Source of the DNA: Octopus vulgaris
Lineage: Eukaryota
Assembly (NCBI GenBank): GCA_951406725.2
Contig: OX597815.1
Span: forward strand, 127,968,001-128,032,000
Length of the DNA: 64,000 nucleotides
Direction: 5' to 3'
Shown: one piece after another, positions 26,252 to 38,917 of the stretch
How positions within the stretch are numbered: the first letter of the stretch is position 1
Layout: the number at the start of each line of letters is the position of its first letter
The notes under the pieces: generated by a model
What the model was told of the DNA's origin: nothing
Database searches by the model: none
The model's input: only the letters and a program-made list of their open reading frames with translations
Made by a program: the position numbers and the translations under genes

Positions 26252-28442
26252 ATATGCATACATACACACATGATTTGTCAAGTGCAAATAACAAAAATCT
26301 GAGTACAGCACAAGTTTCATCTTAGAAGACCTGTGAAGCCAAGCGAAATCTAGTTGTAGCCAATGCCAGTGCTGTCTGAATGGCACCTGTGCTAGTGGCA
26401 TGTAAAAAATACAGTTAAAGTGTTGGGCCTCATTGAAGCAGTGACAGGTGACTGAGACCTTTGGTGATATTCTGTGCTTTTATAGACCTGTCAAGCCAAG
26501 TGAAATCGTAGTCATGGCTGATGCCGGTGTCATGTTAGTGACGCCTGTGCCAATGGCACATAAAAACACTCTTAGAGGGGATGGTGTAAGGAATAGAATC
26601 CATCCATAGAACCTTTGCCAAATCGGATTGGAACCTGATGCAGCTCCTTGGCTTACGAATTTTCAGTCAAGCCATCCAACTCATGCCAGCATGGAAAGCA
26701 GACATCAAATAATGATGATGATGATGATGATGAAGAATTTCCCATTGAGGAAGTTTAAACAATGGAACATTTAGATAAAAGTAAAAATATGACAGCATTA
26801 TTTAACAAAAACAGACACTTCCCCAGCTGATGTTATGACAAAGACAAGGAAGGCAACTTGTTTCTGCATTGTCAAAGTCATAAAGCCTTTTCTTATACCT
26901 CACAAAGAACAATTAAAGTCTTCCTTCATTGATACAAAAAGTAAAACCTTTTATGTGAGGTACAGAGGAACATTAAAGCACCATATGTGTAGTTTTTAAA
27001 ATTGAGAACAAGGCAGAGGCAAGATCAATTCGTATATCACACATGTGAACAGTATGCTGTGGTCAACTTAGCCTTTCATCGTTCTGGGCTTAATAAAATA
27101 AATACCAGTCATAACTAGGGAGTAACTGTGGTTAAATCAACAAATTTAGGAATCCAAATCAAGCAAACAAGGAAGTCTCTACAGGATTGCTTGACTTGCA
27201 AGAACTAACAGCTTAATATCCATAAATGAGAAAGAGAGAGAAGGGAAGGGAGAAAGAGAAAGGGGGAGAAAGAGAACTAGACAGTCACAGCTGGAACATT
27301 TTTGATCTTAGAAGTGTTCGATCAAGACTGAACAGTAACATATGTGGCCTAGTGCCAAAACAAGAAATCTTTATTTATATATTTAGATAACATGCATTAT
27401 AGTGGTAGAATATTACTTAGGTAAAACAGGGAATTGAAAAGCTCTGGTAAAATGAGATTATCCTTGCAGTTAGAAAATAAAATCTTCCTCTAGAGATGTT
27501 TAGAATCTAAAAACAACAAAGAACAAACCCAATTTCAGCTAATTAATATTTTTGGAAAATAAAGACAATAGTGATTAAAGCCAATTTGTGAATGTAATAG
27601 ACATGTTTTAGCCTTATTAGATCTCCTCAATAAAACCTATTCAGCCCTGATAGCATGACTTATAAATAATGAGTATATATGATTGGGTGGGTGTCCTTAG
27701 ATCCCCTTCTAAATTTTAAGATTTTACTTTTTATTATGCAAAATATAATAATATATAAATTTTGCTAAGTTTTGGTTAAATTTTTTCACCCCTATAATGC
27801 CCATTTAGATATCATTGTGACATCCTTTATTTTCTATTTTAGGCTCCTTTAACTGAGAATAATAAAACAGTTTATGCCACTCTTTCTGGGCATTTACCAC
27901 TATCTTATTGACTTCTGAGATTTGTTTCTTTATGTGGTCATAGGGAATATATAATCATAATAAATTAGGGTTTGGGAAAGTATCTGATAGCAATTAATTT
28001 GTTATCAGCAGTTAGAACTTAACTGTCAAATCTTAGTGGTTTTAATTCTTAGCATACTGACTGTATTAGATCTTTTGATAGTGATAAGGAGATAGATAAA
28101 AATTGTAACTATATTACCATCTCATGACCCCCATTGTTATTCTCTTCTGCCACTCTAAATTATAGTTGGAGTATTTTCCTCCCTAAGTCCATTCTGCCTC
28201 AATAATAGCAGCTTGTAATTCTTTCATTCTCTAGTTCTGATGAAATATTTACTAAAAATTATAATGGAATATCTTGTGTTCAAAACCTATATGGCATTAT
28301 GCATCTAAAGATGGCAGTGTATTTCAAACTGATGTAATGCTTGCATTGTTTGGTTAAATGGAGCTGCCTAAAACGGCCGTAATGCACTACTACCTTGACA
28401 TCCTTGTTACTTATTTGCTTTTTATATACATATATATACTAC

Positions 28443-28953
28443 ATGGAAAAATGCGAGCATAAAAAGTAATATTCTTAAAATTATAAACCTGGAGAAGTAC
28501 AGGACAAGTCATTGCACCTGTAAAAGTATAGGACAAACTATTACTTCAAGTAAAGTAAAGAATAAGAAACTTTTTACTTAAAATATTTCAGCAAAGAATG
28601 CCAATTCTTCTAATTTATCACTCCTTACAGTTCTCATCTTTTAAATTTATTGTATAAAACTGTTCAGCTAATTTGTAAGTTTGTCTAATTAGTCACTTTT
28701 TTCTGAATTTAAGGTAGTAAATTAGCCAAATTCTACTTAAATAAGTATAGTGTTATTTGTAAACTATAATAAAATAATTCTTAATATTCAAATTTTAATT
28801 TTAGTTGCAATATTTTAAGTAAAAAGTTTCTTATTCTTTACTTTACTTGAAGTAATAGTTTGTCCTATACTTTTACAGGTGTAATAACTTGTCCTGTACT
28901 TTTCCAGCTTTATAATCTTAAGAAAATTACTTTTCATGCTCGCATTTTTCCAT
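28443..28953. mobile_element. MITE with about 145-bp TIRs
   Basis: atggaaaaatgcgagcat...cttaaaatatt is the reverse complement of aatattttaag...atgctcgcatttttccat. Confidence 0.85.
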
Positions 28954-29708
28954 AATTAATAATGTGTCAATTAATAAATTAAGATTTTTACCTTATAAAA
29001 TACTGGATAGGGGGATACATTGGCTGCTATTTTTAGCATGTTGAGCAACCAGGTAGAAGCTCTTTCATTGGTTTGATTGCATGATGAGATTATTTTACAG
29101 ATATATGTAAAATATGCATACATATCATTGGCAGAAGTTAGAGAGTAAATCAAAAGCTGAGAGCTTCATGTATTGGCACTTAACAAACATGAATTTGTCC
29201 ATTGTCAATCTGTAACTTGTGACAAAATAACTTCTAAAATACAAAATTTTGTCAAAAACGTTAAGAGTAAACACTGTTGTATGTGACACATTGTATCAGT
29301 ATCGGAAGTTTCAAAATGTTTAGTTAAAAAAAATTAATTAAATAATCTGTACGTCAAATTGAATAGATCCGAAATGGATAAAAGGCAAGGTCGACCTCAG
29401 CAGAATTTGAACTCAAAATGTAAACACAGGTGGAATACCCATAAGCATTTCGCTAACATTTCTGCCAGCTCACCACCTTAGAATGTTAACTTTCATTTTA
29501 GCAATATATTCTTTATTCTTATTTGTAAGCATTACTTCCTTACTTACTGACATAAAATTTCATGGCATTTTACTCCATAACTTTTCTTCTATTAATTTTT
29601 GTTCAATGTAACTAATAATTCTGAATTCTGAATATGTTTATTTATTTTAGTAGTTTTGACTTTAAGAGTCCCTCCTAGTGTGTGGTATTTATGTGTAATA
29701 ATGCCCTC

Positions 29709-29815
<107 letters not shown>

Positions 29816-30066
29816 ATATGAGGGAATATTATTCCAAACTTACAGGGAAAATTCAATTTAGAAATACAAAATCAAATTTCACAAAATATAATATATATAT
29901 ATAAATTAGAACAAAAACACCTTTTGTCAATTCAATAATGAAAAATTAAATTTATACCATTTAGAAAAAAATATATTATAGAAAGATTAAATATAAGATA
30001 AAACATACAATTATTGAATTGATAAAAGGTGTTTTTGTTCTAATTTATACACACACACACATGCAT

Positions 30067-30106
<40 letters not shown>

Positions 30107-30118
30107 ACACACACACAC

Positions 30119-30153
<35 letters not shown>

Positions 30154-30174
30154 TGTATGTACGTATGTATGTAT

Positions 30175-33030
30175 TCTTTCTACCATGCTTTGAAGGGCAT
30201 TATAAGAAATATCCCTCCGGCAGACAAAGTCATTGTACTGGGTGACTTTAATGCTAGAGTGGGTAGGGATTTTAACACGTGGACTGTAATTGGAAAGCAT
30301 GGGATGGGAAAGTGTAATAGTAATGGCATGCTTTTGCTGCAGATGCATGAGGAGCTGAGTCTGTGTGTTACCAATACCATGTTTCAACAAAAGAATAAGC
30401 TTAAGACTACATGGATGCACCCTGCATCTAAAGAATGGCATATTCTGGATTACATCCTAGTTACGGTGCATGACAGACAGGATGTGCAGTGTGTTCGTGT
30501 TCTTCATGGAGCTGAGTGTTGGACTGATCACCGCCTAGTACGCGCAAAAGTGAAATTAGTCACCAAACATAAAATCTGAGCTGCAGGGATTACCTTGCCT
30601 AAAAGACTGAATGTTGATTGTCTTAGGTATAATAGTGTGAAGAGAACTTTACGAGAGGAAATGAATGCTGCAGATATTGGGGAGGATTGGCCGACCCTTA
30701 AAAAGTCAGTTTATGATATAGGCAAGAAAGTTCTAGTTTGGTTCAAAGAAAATGATGAACATATAGATGATTTATTGGCTGATAAAAGACGTACTTTGTC
30801 ACGCTATTTGTCAGCAAAGCCACAGGAAAGGGAAGTGTTGCATAGGGAACTCAAGGACGTAAAATCATGTGTGAGGCAAAGGCTCTCTCAGATGAGGGAT
30901 ATGTGGTGGAGTAAGAAGGCTGATGAGATACAGGCGGATCAGATTCCAATAACACAAAGCTATTGTATGGTCTCTTGCGAGAAGTTTATGGACCAACATC
31001 TTCTCTGATGACACCACTTCGAAGCAGGGATGGTAAAGAACTTCTTCGTGATTCACAAGGAATTCTGCGAAGGTGGCAAGAACACTTTGATGAACTTTTG
31101 AATCAGCAGTCTGTAGTTAGTGAGGATGTTCTCAATCTCATCCCTGGATTGCCTGTGATGGCAGCACTCGTGGAACCACCAAAGTTGGAAGAAGTTGCAA
31201 TGGCTGTCTCAAGGTTGAATAATGGGAAGTCTCCGGGTATGGATGGCATACATGCGGAGTTGTTACAGCATGGTGGTGAGAAACTTCTGCAGAAACTTCA
31301 CTCTTTGTTTGGTAAGATATGGACTTGTGAATCTGTACCTGAGGACTGGAGAGATGCAGTAATGGTGGTCCTGTATAAGGGAAAGGGCAACAGGAATGAT
31401 TGTGGTAATTATAGGGGAGTATCATGGCTCTCTGCTGTAGGAAAGGTTTTATGCAGGATACTTCTGGATCATCTGCTGAAATACATTGCAGATTGTGTAC
31501 TTCCAGAAAGTCAATCTGGCTTTTGTGTGGGACGTGGCACTGCTGATATGATCTTTTCAGCTAGACAGCTTCAGGAAAAGTGTGTGGAACAGGGTCTGGA
31601 TTTGTATCAGGTTTTTGTCGATCTGACAAAAGCCTTTGATACCGTCAATAAAAAGCATTGTGGAAAGTCCTCCAGAAATTTGGGTGTCCTGAAAAGTTCC
31701 TTGCTTTGGTTAAGTCTTTTCATGAAGACATGCATGGTAGGGTGAATGTTAGAGGGAAAATGTCAGAGCCCATTTCAATACAAAATGGAGTGAAACAGGG
31801 GGATATTCTGGCACCAACCCTATTTTCCATATATTTCGTGATGGTGTTCTGTATTGCATTCAGAAACTGCAGATACGGTGTTTACATCCATTATCGAACC
31901 CCTGGCAGCATATTTAATATCAGGCGCCTTGCTGCAAAAACAAAGGTATTTACCTCTATCATAAGAGACCTTTTGTATGCAGATGATTGAGAGCTAGTAG
32001 CACACACAGAGATTGATATGCAACACATTTTGAATGCATTCTCTGATGCTTGCACTGCCGTAGGATTGACAGTCAATATCAAGAAAACTGTTGTCATGCA
32101 TCAACCTGCCCCTGGTAAGCAGTATAGTGTACCAAATATCTATGTGTATGGTAAACGACTTGATGTAGTTGATCAGTTTGTTTACCTGGGAAGCACTATT
32201 AATAGATATGGCAATGTGGATGATGAAATTCCATATAGAATTAGGAAAGCAAGTGTTGCTTTCAGAAGGCTAGAAAAGCACCTCTGGAGTCGGCAAGACA
32301 TGCAGAAAGACAAAGATAAAGGTGTACAAGGCATGTGTGCTCCCTTCTCTTCTCTATGCCTGCGAGACGTGGGTCACATATCAATACCACCTTAAACAAC
32401 TGGAGCGTTTCCATCAGACGTGCCTCAGACAGATCTATGGCATTAAGTGGAAGGACCGCATCAGTGATCTTGAAATACTTAAAGGCTCTCAGTGTGAAAG
32501 TATAGAAGCTCTTGTGTTAAAGCAAAGGCTCAGATGGAGTGGTCATCTGGTCAGAAGGAAGGATTCAAGGATGCCAATTAACTCTTTTATGGAGAGTTAG
32601 CTAAAGGAGAACGACCTCCACATAAAACAAAAAAAGAGGTATAAGGACTTGCTGAAGGCTTCCAGAAGGGAAGGGTCTTCCTTTGATGCTGACATGCAGT
32701 GTCTGTGCAAGACCCTGCCTCAGTAAAGCTAGAGTCATCTTCGTAGTCATAAAACGCGACAGATGAGTGACAACCTGGCCACTGGTGGTGGTGTAACACA
32801 CCATACTAATCATAGCTGTCGGGCATGTGGAAGAGAGTGTAATTCAGCAAGAGGACTTAAACGATATGCAAAGGTACATGAAGCCCAGTTACAACTACAG
32901 CCGGCTATTACCAGTAAAGGTTTTAGTTGCCAATTTTGTACAAGACATTGTAGATCTTTAGCTGGGCTAAAAAGTCACATTCGATCACAGCACCAGTAAC
33001 AGTTAAGCTTTGTGCAATAGCCATACTCAA
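30175..33030 (+). mobile_element. RTE-clade (BovB-like) LINE, 5' truncated, frameshifted
   Basis: APE: GDFNARVG, WHILDYI, TDHRLV. RT: QSGF, FVDLTKAFD, GVKQG, YADD. C-terminal WSGHL and two C2H2 fingers (32763-32999). Confidence 0.95.
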
Positions 33031-33041
33031 TAATATGTATG

Positions 33042-33076
<35 letters not shown>

Positions 33077-33253
33077 ATAAATATTAGGGAATAAATCCAA
33101 ATTTACAGGGAAAAAATCAGAATTAGGATTAAATCCAATTTTATAGTAAAATATTATATAATATTAATTCGAGACAAAACCACTATTTTGCAAATCAAAC
33201 AAGGAAAGACTTAATCAATACATAAAAAATTTTAATATAAAGTAAATAAACCG

Positions 33254-33297
33254 CCACTACAATTGTTTCATGTCTTCAAATGACATTCGTCAGGTGG
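33254..33297 (-). ncRNA. Canonical type I minimal hammerhead ribozyme
   Basis: Reverse complement reads CCAC CTGACGA ATGTC atttgaa GACAT GAAA CAATTG TA GTGG; all core bases and all three stems are intact. Confidence 0.92.
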
Positions 33298-33392
33298 ATT
33301 TCCGATCTTCTAAACAGTTTTAATCAGTTTCCTTGTTTGATTTGCAAAATAGTGGTTTTGTCTTGAATTAATATTATATATATGTATATATA

Positions 33393-36300
33393 ACGGGAAG
33401 CTTTATGAAAATAGACAAAAGACGAAGGCAGGTTTACGGAAATAAACAAAAGACGAAGGCAGGTGGAATACAAACAAACAATTGTATTAGTATGGCGCTC
33501 AGGAAATATAAATAAAACAAGTCTTTAACGTTTCGAGCCTACGCTCTTCAACAGAAAAATACACAGAGAAGAAACAGAAAGAAGGAGAGAAAAAAATGCG
33601 TGCAGAGGCTAGCGAATCAACATGGCGATCTGATTTCGGCAAGAAATCAAAGATCAAACGTGAGACGCAAGAGCGAAATTAGGGGAGATAATAGGGTTAA
33701 ATGACCTCGCTCCAACATAAGAGTGTGTATGTGTGTATGAGAGAGTATTAGTGCATATGAGAGGTCTGGACGTGTGTATGTATATATGATGTGATGTGTA
33801 AAGTCGTATGGTGTAGTGTAGAGAGAGGAGATGAGGGAAGAGGGGGAGGGGAGGGGGAGTGGAGGGGAGAAAGAAAGGGGAGAAGAGGAGGGGGAGGGGG
33901 AGAAGGAAGGAGAGGAGAAGAGGAGGGGAGAGAAGGGGGAGAAGGAAGGAGAGGAGAAGAGGAGGGGAGAGGAGGAGGGAGGAGAGAGGGAGAGGAGGAG
34001 AGAGAGAGAGAAGGGGAGTGAGGGAGCAGAGAGGAAGAGGGAAGGGGAAGAGGGAAGAAGGAGGGAGGGAGAAAGAGGGAAGAAGGGAAGAGGAGTAGGG
34101 GTGAAAGGGTGAAAGGATGAAAGGATGAAGGACTGAAGAGAAGTAGGGGTCGGGGGGAGGTTAGATGAGGAGGGGGAGAAGGGGGTTAGATGAGGAGGAG
34201 GGGAGAGTTGAGACCAAATGGCATATAAGAGTGAAGAGAGAAGATTAATTCCTGTTCACGGCGCAAACGGGAATCCGGATGGCCTCTGTGCAAGGACAAA
34301 CCGAACACAGACAGGTGTTGCAAGGAGTGACCGGTGGAGCGGAAATGGCGTGAGACCGGTGTGTCGTTGGCAAGGTGGATGTCACGGAGGTGTTCCGTGA
34401 ACCGGTCAGCCAAGCGGCGTCCTGTTTGTCCGATGTACAGGGAATGGCAGAGAGAGCAAGAGACGTAATAGATAATATTGCTGGAGGTGCAGGTGAAGGA
34501 GTTGATGATGCGATAGGGTCGATGATGGGTGCCAGTGAGGAGGGTGGTGCTGGAGAGGTAAGGGCAAGTTCGGCAACGTGGGCGGGAGCAGGGGAACGAG
34601 CCAGGTTGGGAGGTAGGGTCAGGGAAGGAGCTATGGACCAAAAGGTCTCGAAGGTTATGGGCTCGTTTGAAAGAGGGGAGGGGTCGGTTAGGGAAGAGGT
34701 GTGAAGTGGATGGGTCGGACTGGAGATGACGGAAAGCTCGAAGAATGGTGTGTTGGAGAGGTAGGGTCGTGGGGTGGTAAGTGAGGGGAAAAGGGAGGCG
34801 GGAGACTACAGGGCGGGTTCGGGGAGAGAGAGCAGATACACGGTCCACGGACCGTGCTCTGGCAAGGGCGGTGTGGATAGTGGTGAGGGGTATCCACGTA
34901 GGATGAAGTGGTGAGCCATACGTTGAGACTGAGTCTCAAAGTCATGGTCGTCACTACAGATCCTACGTAGACGGAGGAATTGGGAATAGGGGATGGAAAG
35001 CTTGGTGTGTTCTGGGTGGGAGGAAGAGAAGTTGAGGTATGAGTGTGAGTCTGTGTGTTTGTAGTGAATGGAGGTGGTCAAAGTGGAGTGAAGAATGCTA
35101 ACCGAAATGTCGAGGAAGGAGACAGAGGTGTTGGAGATAGTGGAAGTGAAGTGGAGGGCTGGATGGAAAGATTGAACGAAAGAGAGGAAGGAATCTAGAT
35201 GTTCACGGGAGAGTGAGGTGGCACCGATAATGTCGTCAATGTAACGACTGTATAGTTCAGGAGTGGGACCAGTGAAATTAGAGAATATTTGGGCCTCAAC
35301 ATAGCCAACGAACAAGTTCGCATAGTTGGGGCTCATTCGCGTTCCCATGGCCACTCCCGAGACCTGATGGTAGAACTCGCCCGTGAACGAGAAGCAGTTA
35401 AGAGTAAGGACAAATTCGGCCAGATGAATGAGTGTGGAGTGTCAGGTTCAGGGTTGGAGCGGAGGTCGAGAAAGTGTTGAAGTGCCTGCAGTCCTTTGTG
35501 GTGAGGGATAACGGTATAGAGGCTCTGGATGTCCATAGTAAAAAGGATTTTCGAGGAGCCGGGAGGAAAGGAGAAAGAGTTGAAAAACCGGAGAGCATGG
35601 TTGGTATCGTGGATGTGGGAGGGAAGAGACGCCACTAGGGGGGCAAGGACACGGTCGAGGTATTTAGAGATGAGCTCCGTGGGGCAGTTACAGGCGGAGA
35701 TGATGGGGCGGCCAGGGTTGTTGGGTTTGTGGATTTTGGGGAGGAAGTAAATGGTGGGGGTACGTGGGGTTCGCACAATTAGGTTGGATGCGGTGTGGGG
35801 GAGACGGGAGGACGAGATGAGGTCGTGGACAGTAGAGGATACCGTCTGTTGGTAGCTATGTGTGGGGTTAGAGGACAGAGGGGAGTAGAAGGTGTCATTG
35901 AGTTGGCGGAGAGCCTCGGCCCTGTAGAGGTCCACGTGCCACACCACTACAGCTCCACCCTTGTCAGCTGGTTTGATGATAATGTCAGCGCGCCGTTGGA
36001 GGGAATGAAGAGCCAAGAGCTCGGTCGGGGAGATGTAGAGGCGGCGTTGGCACCTGGAGAAGTTGAACCGCTCCAATGCACGCTGACAAGCGCCCGCGAA
36101 AAGATCCACTGCTAGGAACTAGCCGGGGGCAGGCGTCCACGGGGATGGTCGGCGGCCCAGGTCAGTGAAGCAGTCCTCTATGTTGGATGCGGCGCACAAA
36201 GCTGTGGACATCAACTCGCGTCTGGAATTCCTTACAGGATGGAGTGAGGGGGATGAAACGCAGACCCCTACGAAGGATGGAGCATTCCGCCGCAGAGAGG

Positions 36301-36600
36301 GGAAGATCGGGGGGAATGGTAACAACAGACGGAAGTGGAGAAGGGGTGGGTGGAATAGAAGTAGGAGGGGTGGTAGGGCTCGTGGATGTCTGAGGGGGAG
36401 GGATTGGGGAGGTGTGTGGGGGGTTGTTGGGAGGGGCAGTAGGGTTAGGTGTAGGTGGATGGAGCCTATCAGGAGGGGAGAAGGGGTTGTTGGGAGGGGC
36501 AGTGGGGTTAGGTGTGGGTGGATGGAGCCTATCGGGAGGGGAGAAGGGTAGTGGAGGAGTTGGGGTGGTGGCGTCGGGTGTGGTGGAATTGAGGAGTGAT
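33393..36600 (-). mobile_element. Penelope-like element (Neptune-like): RT, GIY-YIG and pLTR
   Basis: IIKPADKGGAVVV, YFLPKIHKPNNPGRPIIS, DIQSLYT, MAMGTRMSPNYANLF, RYIDD, CSRPRCRTC linker, NIIY...YIGQT..R..EH; few frameshifts; purine-rich spacer followed by the terminal repeat. Confidence 0.95.
33523..33557 (-). ncRNA. Variant hammerhead-like motif in the PLE pLTR (A6U core)
   Basis: Reverse complement reads TTT CTGTTGA A GAGC gtag GCTC GAAA CG TT AAAG; a second copy lies at 48714-48751. Confidence 0.55.
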
Positions 36601-36874
36601 ACATATATATATATCAGCAGCAGCAACATTGTTTTTACATCCACTTTTCCAAACTTGCATGTGTCAAATGGAATTTGATGAAGCAGATTTTCCACAGCCA
36701 GATGCTCTTCCTGTCACCAACCCTCATCTGTTTCTCAGCAAGGTAATATTTCAAAATGGTCAAACATGTTTTTGCAGAAGATTACAAACAAAGAACACTA
36801 CTTATATAATGGTGGGACTTATTTACAACTGTTGCATGATGTCAAGTGAAGGAGACACAAACACACATGCATGC

Positions 36875-36928
<54 letters not shown>

Positions 36929-36944
36929 ACACATGATGAGCTTC

Positions 36945-37475
36945 TTTCAGTTTTCCTCTCCTAAATCCACTCTGAAACCTTTGGTTGGTCAAAGGCTTAA
37001 AGTAGAAGACATTTACCCAAAATGATACACTGAGATTGAACCTAAAACCAGCTGATTAGGAAACAAACTTCTTAACCACATAACTCTATGGCTGTGGTAA
37101 GAAGTTTGCTTCCTAACAACATGGTTTTGAGTTCAATCCCACTGTGTAGCACCTTGGACAAGTGTCTTCTACTCAAAGCCTTGGGCTAATCAAAGCCTTG
37201 TGAGGGGATTTAGTGGAAGGAAGCTAACAGAAGCCTGTCATGTATGTATGTATATGAGTGTTTGTGTTTTTGTGTTTGTACTTGTTCCCCACCACAGTTT
37301 GACAACTGGTGTTGGTTTGTTTACATTCCCATAGCCTAATGGTTTGACAAAAGAGACTGATAGAGTAAGTACCAGGCTTTACGAAATAAGTACAGGGGCT
37401 GATTCATTTAACAAAAAACCCTACAAGGTGGCCAGTGACTGAAACTAATAAAATATAAAAGACAAGATAAAAGAT
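36945..37475. mobile_element. Head-to-head pair of tRNA-head SINEs
   Basis: 36945-37085 (minus) and 37088-37475 (plus) share the head sequence in inverted orientation. Confidence 0.7.
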
Positions 37476-37884
37476 ATATAAATTGATTGAACATAGTGTT
37501 GATTATGAATACAAACAGCTAATTTTCATATAGAATTGCAATTTTTGTACATCAATTTTTTTTTTTTTTTTTGTTACAGTGATGAGCTGTCAGGTACCAT
37601 GGCTGACATCCTCTCTAATCAATGCTGACCATGCTAGTTTATTGCATCAATCAACAGTCAATACCTATATGTGATTCTATCAACCCCAGAAGAGCAGAAT
37701 TTGCTACTTCTATGGTGGATGCTGAATAATAATTTGACAGTTAGCTAGGTCTGCAATTTTGGTTTCTGTTCAAACAGTAAAATCTTTCATTGCTGCCTCC
37801 CTTAAAAAGATTACATCAGGTCTTATGCCTTCAGTAGAATCAGTTTTGTGTATGTAGCTTCCATCAACATATTTTTATTCCTGA

Positions 37885-38917
37885 CTAGCAGCATAGCCCG
37901 GCGTTGAACGGGTATGTAAGAAACTTTGTCGATAAGCAATGCCCTTTACCTTTTTACCCTTTTTTGTACTCATTGAACCGTTATTTTGTAAAGTGAAGCC
38001 TAAAATGCATTAAGGCATTCAAGGCATGCATGACTACAGCCCAACATTGCTTGGATTTGAAGCAAAAGGAAAACATGTGCCATTTCTAGTAACCTTTATG
38101 ATAAAAGCGGCAAAAATCGACTAAATCGCCTGAAATCCACCAACTATTTAACAAAAGTCAGTTTTATAGGGTTCGCATGGTCGGTCTCAAAGTGATATGG
38201 TTTTGTCAATTTCTCCCAATACTTGTTGACTGCATTGACAAAAGGTCGTTAGTTTGACATTTAATGCAAAGTTGATGTCCAACATCGGTGTAGGGAAAAT
38301 CTATGTGAACTTTCAAAAAATATTGCGGAAAAATCAGTTTGCTATGTGTGCCACATATGATGTAATTAACCGATTTTTTCCAGTAATAACGTATCCTATT
38401 GGAATCAAAAGGGCCATATAGCTCCTTGGAGCAGACATGATGCTCACTGTGAATTTTTAAAAAAAATTCCTGCCAATTTGTTAAAGATATTGTCGAAAAT
38501 ATGTCATCTTGAATTTGAACGTGATTTCCCAAAATGGCATGATTTTATCGATTTTTTCTGATGGTAAGGTATTGCATGGAAAACTAACGTCAGAATTAAG
38601 TTCCTTAGGGTAACATTAAGCTTCACCATGAGTTTGGTGAAAATCGATTGCAAGTTGCGAAAACTACAACGGAAAATGTGTTGCATATGATAAGCTTAGA
38701 TTCTCGACCCCATGTCGAATTTATCGATTATTTTCAGAACTGGGGGAACTTTTCAAAGTTTTCGCTGCATTAGTTTTGAATTATGACATTGGGCTATGTG
38801 TGTGTCAAGTTTCATCAGAATCGGTTGAAAGCTGTGGTCAAGGTGAGGATACAACCTGACAGACACACAGACAGACAGACACACAGACAGACAAACTGCC
38901 TTTTATATATAGAGAGA
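37885..38917 (-). mobile_element. Non-autonomous Helitron
   Basis: Same 5' TC end and 3' hairpin plus CTAG as 13916-15447; inserted at A|T; no helicase remnant. Confidence 0.9.

Noticed and set aside
33791-34112. Glu/Gly/Arg-rich ORFs
   Set aside because: Purine-rich low-complexity spacer of the PLE 3' region.
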